64,000 bases of DNA from contig OX597834.1 in the NCBI GenBank assembly GCA_951406725.2, forward strand, positions 7,440,001 to 7,504,000, written 5' to 3'. Below the pieces are notes generated by a model that was not told where the DNA came from, ran no database searches, and worked only from the letters and a program-made list of their open reading frames with translations. The translations under genes and the position numbers were made by a program. The stretch comes from Octopus vulgaris (Eukaryota). This document shows, piece after piece, positions 13,384 through 24,905 of the stretch. Each line of letters begins with the position of its first letter. The stretch's first letter is position 1.

Positions 13384-13466
13384 ACCTTCTATAAAATAAA
13401 TTAATTTACTCTGCTCTGTATTGAGTACCTTATTTACTGTGGTTAACCCCGACTCAACCCGGGACC

Positions 13467-13518
<52 letters not shown>

Positions 13519-13522
13519 CAAG

Positions 13523-14820
13523 TACATGGTCTGATCAATAAGTATCCGGACTGTTGCCATAGTAACGAAGCTAAAGCACGCAGAGTGGTGCTACTTTCAC
13601 AGATTTGACCCTAAACTCTGCTGTGCATGCGAACTAAGTCTTAACGTTCTTGTTCACTTTCTCTGTTTACAGGAAGGTGTGTAGCGTGTGATCATTGCAT
13701 TGAACACGCAGAAAAAATTGAGCAGAGAAAGCGGTGTGCTGGCAGAAACGTTAGCACGCCGGATGAAGTGCTCAGCGGTATTTCGTCTGCCGTTACGTTC
13801 TCAGTTCAAATTCTGCCGAGGTCGACTTTGCCTTTCATCCTTTCGGGGTCGATTAAACAAGAACCAGTTACACACTGGGATCGATATAATCGACTTAATC
13901 CGACTCTATAGGCATAACGATCTTAAATCTGCCAACATCTGATATAGTCAGAGATGTATGCAGAGTCATGGAGTCGTTCTGCCGATTCATGAAAACGTTG
14001 AAAATATCAGATATTGCTTATTTCAGGATTAAAATCGCATAGCCGTTCTCACGTTCGGAACAGATGTGGCTATTGGGAAGAAGACCAAGTAGACTTCAGC
14101 TATCTCTTGGCTGTGTTTTAGAATTTCGTCTGCTGAACGCGTTTTGGCAAGTCTGAAGAGAGAGAATAATTCCTGTCTGGAAAACGTCTCATCAAATTCA
14201 AGTAACGTTAGAGAAAGAAGGCGGTGATAGAGAAGATTTTGCCCCAGAAAATTATATATAAGAAAGTTGAAAAAGGGGACACTGGTATGGTTAAATGAAC
14301 TCACGATAACCGTGTGGCTAGAGCCTGGGGAAATGAACTGCATTAGGTCTAAGGTGAGTTAAGATAATCAAAATCGGGGTCGATTAAATGAGAACCAGTT
14401 ACACACTGGGGTCGATATAATCGACTTAATCCGTTTATCTGTCCTTGTTTGTCCCCTCTGTGTGTAGCCCCTTGTGGGTAGTAAAGAAATAGGTATTTCC
14501 TCTGCCGTTACGTTCTGAGTTCAAATTCCGCCGAGGTCGACTTTGTGTTTCATCCTTTCGGGATCGATAAATTAAGTGCCAGTTACGCACTGGGTCGGTG
14601 TAATTGTCTGTCCTTCTTTGTCCCCTCTGTGTGTAGCCCCTTGTGGGCAATAAAGAATTTATAAAAATTTGAGCAGAGAATCTGCATCAAATTTTGCTAA
14701 AATCTTGATGATACCTGTTGAGAGGCCTACGCAAAGTTTATCGCTCTCCACACGATCAAGGAGATCTTGTGTAACTAAAACCCAAGTGTCATTTTAGTCA
14801 GCTGAAAGTAGTTTGGCACC
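13523..14820 (+). mobile_element. Interrupted and rearranged mariner relic
   Basis: TIR-like TACATGGTCTGATCAATAAGTATCCGGAC; EQRICIKFC transposase N-terminus at about 14670-14740; an inverted VPKLLSAD..QDLL piece at 14740-14820; split by an insert at 13730-14662. Confidence 0.7.
13730..14662 (+). mobile_element. SINE family C composite insert carrying about 470 bp of unrelated DNA
   Basis: C head and body at 13730-13901, C bodies at 14375-14660; flanked by direct repeats AAAAATT(T)GAGCAGAGAA. Confidence 0.75.
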
Positions 14821-15634
14821 GCCTTCTTTCTCTAACGTTACTTGAATGTGATGAGACGTTTTCTAGACAGGAAATATTTTCACTTAAGACTTGTCAAAAC
14901 GCGTTCAGCATACGAAATTCTAAAACACAGCCAAGAGATAGCTGAAGTCTACTTGGTCTTCTTCCCTATAGCCACATCTGTTCCGAACGTGATAACAGAT
15001 ATTCGATCTACGTGATGGCTAACCATACCTAAGAAACCTCATACTTTTGTTCTGTAGTGTTAATCCTATTTATTATTTCATATTTATTATCATTTTATTA
15101 ATCCTGTTGAACACACCTTTTTTTTACTCGATATAAATACAAAACACTTTCTTGTTTGTTGTTTTCGCATATATATATATATATCTCAGCTTGGTCAATT
15201 CCTCAACGTCTTGGGTACCTGCGACCAACAAAATTACTATTGTTGTTGTTGCTGTCGTTGTTGTTATGTTTCTCTGTTGTTGTTGTTATTATTATCATCA
15301 TCCTAGTATAACTATGTAAATCACTATTTCTTCTAGTTCACAGTGAGTGTCCGATATTTTTTTTCCCGGTTCAATCGATAGACGAAAGTTCAGAGAGTTC
15401 TTATACAGTTCACCGTTTCCAGCAGACGGTATGGGGTGGGGTGGGGCGGGGGTGGATGGTGAGGAGTTGAGGAGGAGTAGCAACAGCCTCAACCCGCCCA
15501 CCGACCCACCACCAACTCACACACTCCTCAACAACAGTGAGGTAACTTGCAAGATGAGACGAGAGAACATAAAAAAAGACAAAAAAATAAAATAAAAAGA
15601 AATTGTAAAGTCCTATCTTCTACAGCACTTTCAG

Positions 15635-15859
15635 TAACATCATCACCATCATTACCATCATCATCATTATCATCAGCATCATTATACTCATCATCATCAT
15701 TATCCTCATCATTACCATCATCATCATCAACATCATCATCATTACAATCATCATCATCATCATCATTATACTCATCATCATTATCATCATCATTACCATC
15801 ATCATTATCATCATCATTATCATTATCATCATCATCATCATTATCATCATTACTGTCGT

Positions 15860-15895
<36 letters not shown>

Positions 15896-15960
15896 AATTA
15901 TCATCATCATAACTATCAGCGTCGTCGTCGTCATCATCATCATTCTTACCATCATCATCA
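15635..15960. repeat. (CAT)n degenerate microsatellite
   Basis: Seen directly in the sequence. Confidence 0.95.
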
Positions 15961-16133
15961 TTTTCTCTGTTAGTGAAACTTTCAGAAAGTTTCGTTCAGA
16001 CTGCGATCGGGAGGGGGTAGCAATATTGTTGCTTGTAAACACACTTGACGGAAAGAGTGGGAAGGGCAAGGATACATACCCACACATAAGAGCGTTGCAA
16101 GTGTGGGATAAGGTGTAGAAAGGAACGAAAAGC

Positions 16134-16165
<32 letters not shown>

Positions 16166-16454
16166 GTGGAGAATGTAGATCTATGTGGGTGGTGTTGAAA
16201 CCATAATGACGACAATGATTATCAGACTGATGATGGACACGGCAACAACGCCATCGTCGAAGACAATTATAATAATTATAGTGATGATATAGGTGTTGGT
16301 GTCAAAGCGAGTGAAGTGAAACAAAAAATAAAGAAAATGATGACAGCAGGGGTAGTTATCGTGGAAACGGGGAACTTTTCTATGATTTACTGTGTGTATA
16401 TATAAAGGTATACACATATGTATATATATATATATATATGTATATATATGTATA

Positions 16455-16563
<109 letters not shown>

Positions 16564-16744
16564 CATATTATGTGTATATATAAAACGTTGTGTGTGTTCT
16601 TGATTATTCACAGCCAAATGTTTGGTTGTATATTTGTCTGCATTCGACACTCTGTGGGAAAGTTGTTATCTATTTGCATTTCTTTCTTTTCTCTCTATAT
16701 CGTTATCAACTTTTCATCAATTTTTTTTCTTCTTTCTTCGTTGG

Positions 16745-17145
16745 AATCATCCTCTTTTTCTTCTTCTGTTATGACATTCTTTTCTTTCTTCGTTGTCTTC
16801 ATCATCATCTTGTTATTGTTGTTGTTGTTGTTCTTCTTCTTCTTCTTCATTTCCTTCTTCTTCTTCTTCGTTGTTGTCGTTGTTGTCCTTCTTCTTCTTC
16901 TTCTTCTTCTTCTTCTTCTTCTTCTTCTTCTTCTTCTTCTTCTTTTTCTTCTTCGTTGTTGTCGTTGTTGTCCTTCTTCTTCTTCTTCTTCTTCTTCTTC
17001 TTCTTCTTCTTCTTCTTCTACTACTTCTTCTTCTTCGGATTCTTCTTCTTCGTTGTTGTTGTTTTTGTTGTTCTTCTTCTTTCTCTTCTTCGTTGTTGTT
17101 GTTTTTTTCTTCTACTTCTTCTTCTCCTCCTCCTCCTCCTCCTTC
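16745..17145. repeat. (CTT)n/(GTT)n microsatellite
   Basis: Seen directly in the sequence. Confidence 0.95.
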
Positions 17146-17727
17146 GACTGGTTTTTCTTCTTCCTTCTATGTTTTTTCTTCCACAAAATTAAAAATCCTT
17201 CCTCATAAGTCTTGTTACTCCCTAAACTCTGATTTGGTTCACCTGATGATGAAGTAGGAGTTATTTTCTCAAGGTGAAGAAGAGAGGTATTGAACCCGAA
17301 ACAGAAAAACACTGAAGTGTACTCCATCACAACTCAGTGGCCATATGTGGCCATCGTACTTTCGGGTTGTGGATGACACTATTAGGTTTTTCTTGTGCGG
17401 TTTTGTAGAGTTTATGCTGTTGTTGATGACGATATTGTTGATGTAGTTAGTGTTGCTTCTATTTAGCCCTCGGTCAGCTGTAATTGAAGCAGACCTCTCA
17501 ACAAAGCCATTACATGCATGTCGATTCCTTCTTTCTCATTCAGTTAAATCGTATCCCGCATTAATTTATACAATATGCTGTCATCTTAATAAATGTAGGG
17601 TGAAGTCTGAGTGAGATTTAGCAGCTATTTCTAACCATAGGGATTAATTTGCACCAAAGAATCAACATTCCAATAATTTATAATTCCAATCACTTTATAA
17701 ACCCATATCAAGTAATACTCTACAATG

Positions 17728-19150
17728 TAGAGGGGTCCTCAACCATTTTCTCATTTAAGGACCCCTTTGATAACTATTTTAATCTGGTGGACCACCATAG
17801 CCATTCAGTGTTTAAAAACCATTTTTATAGAAATTTCTTTCAAAATTTCTATTTTGTTTTTCACACATTAACTTGTGTAGGTTGAATTATGTAAAATGTT
17901 AGAGAAAGAAATCTCACTGTTTCTTGGAACGAAATGTTTTAGGGGTCCTTAAAATATTATAAGCATCCCTAATTTACCATTTTGTTTGCATGGACCCCAC
18001 AAAATCTTATATGTTTTAGGAGTCCTTAAAATGTTTTAGGGGCCTTAAAACATTATAAGCTTCTCTGATTTACCATTTTGTTTGCATGGACTCCACAAAA
18101 TCTTATATGTTTTAGGAGTCCTTAAAATGTTTTAGGGGCCTTAAAACATTATAAGCTTCTCTGATTTACCATTTTGTTTGCATGGACTCCACAAAATCTT
18201 ATATGTTTTAGGGATCCTTAAAATGTTTTAGGGGTTCTTAAAATATTATAAGCATCCCTGATTTACCATTTTGTTTGCATGGACTCCACAAAATCTTATA
18301 TGTTTTAGGGGTCCTTAAAATATTATAAGCATCCCTAATTTACCATTTTGTTTCCATGGAGCCCACAAAATCTTATATGTTTTAGAGGTCCTTAAAATAT
18401 TATAAGCATCCATTATTTACCATTTTGTCTGCATGGACCCCACAAAATCTTATATGTTTTAGGAGTCCTTAAAATGTTTTTTGGGGTCCTTAAAATATTA
18501 TAAGCATCTCTGATTTACCATTTTGTTTGCATGGACTCCACAAAATCTTATATGTTTTAGGAGTCCTTAAAATGTTTTAGGGGCCTTAAAACATTATAAG
18601 CTTCTCTGATTTACCATTTTGTTTGCATGGACTCCACAAAATCTTATATGTTTTAGAGTTCCTTAAAATGTTTTAGGGGTTCTTAAAATATTATAAGCAT
18701 CCCTGATTTACCATTTTGTTTGCATGGACTCCACAAAATCTTATATGTTTTAGGGGTCCTTAAAATGTTTTAGGGGTTCTTAAAATATTATAAGCATCCC
18801 TGATTTACCATTTTGTTTGCATGGACTCCACAAAATCTTATATGTTTTAGGGGTCCTTAAAATATTATAAGCATCCCTAATTTACCATTTTGTTTCCATG
18901 GAGCCCACAAAATCTTATATGTTTTAGAGGTCCTTAAAATATTATAAGCATCTATTATTTACCATTTTGTCTGCATGGACCCCACAAAATCTTATATGTT
19001 TTAGGGGTCCTTAAAATATTATAAGCATCCCTAATTTACCATTTTGTCTGCATGGACCCCACAAAATCTTATATGTTTTAGGGGTCCTAAAAATATTATA
19101 AGCATCCCTAATTTACCATTTTGTTTGTATGGACCCCGGTTGAGAGCTAA
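17728..19150. mobile_element. Probable hAT-like MITE with an internally expanded minisatellite
   Basis: Left end AGGGGTCCTCAACC and right end GGTTGAGAGCT resemble degenerate TIRs. Confidence 0.5.
17930..19137. repeat. Minisatellite of 14 units of about 77 or 97 bp
   Basis: 14 copies of ATTTACCATTTTG..CATGGA..CCACAAAATCTTATATGTTTTAG with an optional ~20-bp sub-duplication. Confidence 0.97.
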
Positions 19151-19543
19151 CGCTTTACAGTATCTTTTAACTCGGATGTTTACCGCAATTCGGAAACGTG
19201 GAAAGTTGAAAAAACTAAAAGCACGGAGAGAGTTAAAAAGACAACAGTAAAATGGACACGCACACCACCAATATCAATGCATTTTAACAGAGAAGCAGGA
19301 AAAAATATTTTGAATAATATATATGGAACTGGAACATGAGTATAAAAATTATTATCAAATAAATTTGAAACATTTGGGATAAGAATATACTGGAGAAATT
19401 GATAATATGGAGGAAAGTTGTAAAAACTATTGATAATATAATAACATTGGCATTTTCTTACACGCCATCAAAGAGACAGAACAAAGATATTTTGTATAAT
19501 CAATTTGAGGAAAATAAGTGATTTAGAAAGTTGTTATATAGAA

Positions 19544-19888
19544 GGAGGCGCAATGGCCCAGTGGTTAGGGCAGCGGACTCGCGGTCATGATTCCCAGACC
19601 GGGCGTTGTGAGTGTTTATTGAGCGAAAACACCTAAAGCTCCACGACGCTCCGGCAGGGGATGGTGGTGATCCCTGCTGTACTCTTTCACCACAACTTTC
19701 TCTCACTCTTACTTCCTGTTTCTGTTGTACCTGTATTTCAAGGGGCCGGCCTTGTCACTCTCTGTGTCACGCTGAATATCCCCGAGAACTACGTTAAGGG
19801 TACACGTGTCTGTGGAGTGCTCAGCCACTTACACGTTAATTTCATGAGCAGACTGTTCCGTTGATTCGTAACCGACGGAGTGCTTCCA
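19544..19888 (+). mobile_element. SINE family A (tRNA-Arg-like head, tail 1)
   Basis: GGAGGCGCAATGGCCCAGTGGTTAGG head; TSD-like ATATAGAAGGA; small internal deletions. Confidence 0.92.
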
Positions 19889-20046
19889 TATAGAAGGAAA
19901 AGCAAGTAAAAAGAGATGCAGAAGAAAAGCTGAGAATTTAGTGAATGGAGGGAGTGAGGATTCGATTGATTTAAACTACGGTGAGAGTATGAGGAGAGTA
20001 TGAGGAAAACCGATGTGAGGATCTGTGGTTTTGAATCTGCCGAGAG

Positions 20047-20605
20047 ATGAAGACGACGACAACGACGACAATGAACGACGACAATGATGATGACATTAAT
20101 GATAATGGTGATGAGGATGTTGACGATTATGATGATGGCGATGATGATAATGATGATGATGTGATGATAATGATGATGATGATGATGATGTTAAAAATAA
20201 TGATGATGATGATGATAGCGATGATGATGGCTATGATGATGATGGTGGTGATAATGATAATGGTGGTGATAATGATGATAATGGTGGTGATAATGATGAT
20301 GATGGTGGTGATAATGATGATGAAGATGATGATGATGTTGAGGGTGATTATGATGATGATGTTGATGATGATGGTGGTGGCGGTTGTGATGACGAAGACG
20401 ATGGTGACCATGATGACGATGACTATGATGATGACAATGATGGCGACCACCACGAACATGGTGATGATGATGATGATGATGATGATGAATAAGACGTTCA
20501 ATTTATCATGACGATGACTATGGTGATGATGACGACGACGACGATGATGACGGTGGTGGTTGTGGTGGTGGTAGGGAAGATGATAACGATGACAACGACG
20601 ACAAC
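20047..20605. repeat. (GAT)n degenerate microsatellite
   Basis: Seen directly in the sequence. Confidence 0.95.
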
Positions 20606-20699
20606 TTGTGAAAGATGAGAACTGTATTAAATTGGATTGTTTGATTTGTATCACTAACCAGAATCACATACCATAAGCGATAATTACTCAATGGTAAAA

Positions 20700-21293
20700 C
20701 TCTTGGCAGAACGGTTAGCACGCCGGGCAAAATGCTTTGCGGTATTTCGGCTGCTGCTTCGTTCTGAGTTCAAATTCCGCCGAGGTCGACTTTGCCTTTC
20801 ATCCTTTCGGAGTCGATCAAATAAGTACCAGTTACGCACCGGGGTCGATATATTCAACTTAATCCGTTTGTCTGTCCGTGTTTGTCCTCTCTGTGTCTAG
20901 CCTCTTGTGGGTAGTAAAGAAATAGGTATTTCGTCTGCTGCTACGTTCTGAGTTCAAATTCCGCCGAGGTCGACTTTGCCTTTCATCCTTTCGGGGTCGA
21001 TTAAATTAGTACCAGTTACGCACCGGGGTGGATATAATCGACTTAATCCGTTTGTCTGTCCTTGTTTGTCCTCTCTGTGTCTAGCCTCTTTTGGGTAGTA
21101 AAGAAATAGGTATTTCGTCTGCCGCTACGTTCTGAGTTCAAATTCCGCCGAGGTCGACTTTGCCTTTCATTCTTTCGGGGTCGATTAAATAAGTACCAGT
21201 TACGCACCGGGGTCGATATAATCAACTGAATCCGTTTGTCTGTCCTCGTTTGTCCTCTCTGTGTTTGGCCCCTTGTGGGTAGTTAAGAAATAG
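20700..21293 (+). mobile_element. SINE family C, head plus 3 bodies
   Basis: GTATTTCG unit starts at 20742, 20926 and 21110, a period of 184 bp. Confidence 0.93.
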
Positions 21294-21304
21294 ATATAAC
21301 CCTT

Positions 21305-21584
21305 TCAACCAGTCGTAATTCTCATTAAACCACAAGGAACGCAGTCACTGCTCTTCCCTGTTTTCTCTTGTAATTTGTATACCCCAGGCTCCACTCTAAC
21401 TACTGCCCCCAGTTCTTCTTCCCTAGAATATTGTGCCCCTGAATTTCTGTAGCTGCGCATGCTTCTTTTCCGTGCAGTCTTTGTCTTGCAACGAGACAAG
21501 AGAAGGTTAGCTCCATCACTCTTACAAGTCAGAGAGAGCCTGCAAAATCCAATGTTAAAAATCTTTCCCTTCTGAATAAACCAC
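21305..21584 (-). CDS. Candidate terminal coding exon of an unknown Cys-containing protein
   Basis: Pyrimidine-rich acceptor TTGTTTTTCAG|TGG; one frame is open for 92 codons to TGA while the other two close early; non-repetitive and higher in GC than its flanks. Confidence 0.4.
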
Positions 21585-22102
21585 TGAAAAACAATAGACG
21601 AAAAATAAGAACGAAAAAGACACAAACAGACTTAAAGAGACAATGGCAGACCAAAAAATTATTTTAATAATTGTAATGCGTTTTTCATAATTTCAACTAC
21701 ACATGCACTTTTAGATCAAATTGGTGTTAATTAGTCAAGAGCGCTAACGTTTTACAAAGGAAATAGTACTAACGATGGAAAAGAAATAATTAAGCGCTGG
21801 CCGATATTAATTAATCAATGTCTGATATGAATTATTTATTCTCTGGTAATTCTATTCATTAATTGTGTTTCCAATTATATACAGTATTAATTATCAAAAC
21901 ATTATAGTTACATTTACAAGCTGGTCATTCATATTCGGTTTCAATCTGTCTTTCTATCTTTTGCACGAAGAAGAACGATAAAGTAATTAGATAATGAAGA
22001 ATCTATGTTGCAGGTAATGCTGAGGCTGCTATTCCTCCTCCTCTCCTCCCCCTCCTCCTCCTCTTATTATTATTATTATTATTAACATTATTATTATTAA
22101 TA

Positions 22103-22347
22103 TTCTATGTTTGACTTTTGCTTTATGTCTGTACAAGTTGGCTCCAAGTCTCACCCAGAGACCTCAAGAGACAACAGGTTGGAAGTTCTGTGCCATATAT
22201 TTTGGGTTTTTTTTTGGTGTTGTACTAGTGAATGTCTAATACATAAAAAAAAATTAAATTAAAAAAATAAAAAAATAAAATCAAAACAAAAAAAGTTTGT
22301 TTTAAACCTTGGGATTACATAGAGAGTATTTTGCGTAGGATATGAGC
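22103..22347 (-). mobile_element. R4/Dong-like LINE 3' end
   Basis: AHILRKILSM* plus a 3' UTR matching 23248-23470; (TAA)n on both sides. Confidence 0.85.
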
Positions 22348-22355
22348 TATTATCA

Positions 22356-22386
<31 letters not shown>

Positions 22387-22404
22387 TATTATTATTATTA
22401 TTAT

Positions 22405-22951
22405 TGAGTGAGAGAGCAGTGCATGCCATCAAAGTGACACTGGGGCAAAATATACGAAGCCCAATATACCCAGCATGACTACCCGTCTGATAAGGGTACA
22501 CCAGGCACATGCATCACAACCATATGTGCGCAACATGGTGATCAAGATAAACAGCGCATGACCTTGCAGGTGGGGCCCAGTTAGAATTTTCTTCAGGTTG
22601 AGTAGCCCATCCCGCTCAAAAGGTCCCTGAATAAGGTTTGTTTAAGGGTGTTGAAAGAACCACCCGTGTTTCCAGAGGTGAATTATTCAAACCCCAAAGA
22701 ATCCCTCTCAACACATGGCTATGATGCTCCCCCACTACTTCTGCTCATGATCAGAGGTGCACATATCGTCAGCCACTAAGAGACATGCTCAACTGGTTAA
22801 GGTCAAACAACTGACAAGCAAATCTGTGGTATTGAGCAGAATATTTGCTGTAGCCCATCTTTTATACCAAGACAAAACAATGTACATGATAACACTTCCA
22901 ATCAGTTAAGATCAGAATCCATGAGAGCCACTGCCTGGTTCTGCATCAGGG

Positions 22952-22953
<2 letters not shown>
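22405..22953. mobile_element. Unclassified ~550-bp insertion within a (TAT)n array
   Basis: Higher-GC block with sharp boundaries and pure (TAT)n on both sides. Confidence 0.5.
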
Positions 22954-23022
<69 letters not shown>

Positions 23023-23024
<2 letters not shown>

Positions 23025-23183
23025 CAGTAGTTTTATTTTTATAGCGTGCTTTCACTTCACTACCGAGCGCAGCTCTGTGTGCCTTGGGTATGTGCTGTGA
23101 TTTGTTGTGATGCTCTGATGGTTATTGTATGGAAAGTGTTCTGCGTTGGATGTGTGCAGTGCCTAGCAGTGCAATGTTCTGTA

Positions 23184-23187
<4 letters not shown>
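23023..23187 (-). mobile_element. R4/Dong-like LINE 3' end, second subfamily
   Basis: Minus strand translates NIQNIALLGTAHIQRRTLSIQ*, similar to LQKIVLMGTAHILRKILSM* but with a different UTR. Confidence 0.75.
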
Positions 23188-23247
<60 letters not shown>

Positions 23248-23248
<1 letters not shown>

Positions 23249-23766
23249 TATGTTTGACTTTTGCTTTACATTTGTACAAGTTGGCTCCAAGTCTCACCCA
23301 GAGACCTCAAGAGATAACAGGTTGGAAGTTCATGTTGTTGTTATGCCTAGTGTGCCATATATATCTGTTTGTTTTTTTGGGTGTTGTACTAGTGAATGTC
23401 TAAAAAGAATTATGTTTGTTTTAAACCTTGAGATTACATAGAAAGTATTTTGCGTAGGATATGAGCAGTTCCCATGAGCACTATCTTTTGAAGTTCTACC
23501 ATTTTGGGGTTTCCTGTTATCTGAGTTAGGTAGCAATCAGCCCCTTTTGCTATCATTCCCAGGTTACCTATGACAACAGGTACTGTTTTCGTCTTCAGGT
23601 TCCACATTTTGCTAATTTCTATTTCAAGATCTTTATATTTGCTCAGTTTTTGGTAGGCCTTGACAAATACGTTTATATCGATTGGGACAGTCATATCAAT
23701 GAGAAGGCATGTTCTTTGTCTGAAGTCTTTCAATATGATGTCTGGCCTATTTGCATCTATCTTTCT
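23248..23766 (-). mobile_element. R4/Dong-like LINE 3' fragment with a restriction-like endonuclease domain
   Basis: ORF 23434-23778 contains RPDI..ID..VP.D..K..KY..L (PD-D-K RLE motif); (TAA)n tail. Confidence 0.9.
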
Positions 23767-23864
23767 CGACCTCGGCAAGATTTGAGTTCAAAACTTAAAG
23801 ACGGATGAAATGCTGCTAAGAATTTTGTCAACTAAGCTAAATATATTATCAGCCCACCGCCTTT

Positions 23865-23901
<37 letters not shown>

Positions 23902-23913
23902 CAGCAGCAGCAA

Positions 23914-23961
<48 letters not shown>

Positions 23962-24101
23962 CAGCAATAGTAGTAGTAGTAGTGGCAGTAGCAACAGCAG
24001 CAGCAGTAGTATTAGTAGTAGCAGCAACAGCAAGAGTAATAGTAGTAGTAACAGCAATAGTAGTAGTATTAGTAGTAGCAGCAGCAGTAGTAGAAGCAGT
24101 G

Positions 24102-24154
<53 letters not shown>

Positions 24155-24180
24155 TACAGCAGCAGCAGCAGTAGTAGTAG
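23865..24180. repeat. (AGT)n/(AGC)n microsatellite
   Basis: Seen directly in the sequence. Confidence 0.97.
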
Positions 24181-24184
24181 TTTC

Positions 24185-24655
24185 AAATATTGTCACAAGT
24201 TCAACAGTTTTGAGGTGTGGGGATAAATCGATTGCATCGAACCAGTGCATAACTGGTATTTATTTTATCGTCCCCAAAAAGATGAAGGGCAAAGTCGATC
24301 TCGGTGGAATTTGAACTCGGAACGTGAAGACGGACGAAAAGCCGCTATGCATTTCGCCTTGCGTGCTAACCATTCTGCCAAATATTAATAACAATAACAA
24401 TCCTTTCTACTGAAGAGACAAGGTCTGAAATTTGGGAGAAGGGACTAGTCGATAACAGCGACCCCAGTACTCAACTGGTACTTTATTTGTCGACCCCGAA
24501 AGGATGAAAGGCAGAGTCAACCTCGACAGAATTTGAACTCAGGGCGTAACGGCAGACGAAATACCACTAAGCATTTATCCCTACGGGCAAACGATTCTTT
24601 TTTCTCTATTGCCTACAAGGGGCTAAACATAGGGGGGACAAACAAGCACAGACAA
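24185..24655 (-). mobile_element. SINE family C, two diverged monomers plus a tail fragment
   Basis: The core AAAGTCGA..TCGG.GGAATTTGAACTC occurs twice, each time with its own head. Confidence 0.8.
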
Positions 24656-24849
24656 GCTTATAATGATGAATTATATGGTTATTGACGATTTAAGTCTATT
24701 TTCGGCGTATTTGGCATCAGAATCTTTTCTTTTGCCCTTGTTTATAAGTTGTTTATAAATTTAACCTTTAAAGTATTTTTTTTTAATATGCTGGCCATTG
24801 ATAGAAATTTTTTCGAAAAATGTTATCCTATATTAGATGAAAATTTAAT

Positions 24850-24899
<50 letters not shown>

Positions 24900-24905
<6 letters not shown>

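Larger units (their letters stand above)
13272..13399. repeat. 128-bp zero-spacer palindrome, probable inverted Penelope-like terminus
   Basis: Axis at AAG|CTT (13335/13336); arms near-identical; (TA)n on the left, and a unique extension to about 13470 followed by (TA)n on the right. Confidence 0.92.

Noticed and set aside
14150-14195. CTGAAGA...GAAAACGTC hammerhead-like motif
   Set aside because: Stem I cannot form, and the inverted paralogue lacks the core.
17930-19137. CRISPR-like periodic array
   Set aside because: There are no unique spacers and no cas genes; it is a contiguous minisatellite in eukaryotic DNA.
19612-19864. Recurrent ORFs MFIERKHLK.. and MVVIPAVLFHHNF.. resembling a multigene family
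   Set aside because: They are chance frames inside SINE A copies that have a Pol III head and TSDs, and indels differ between copies.
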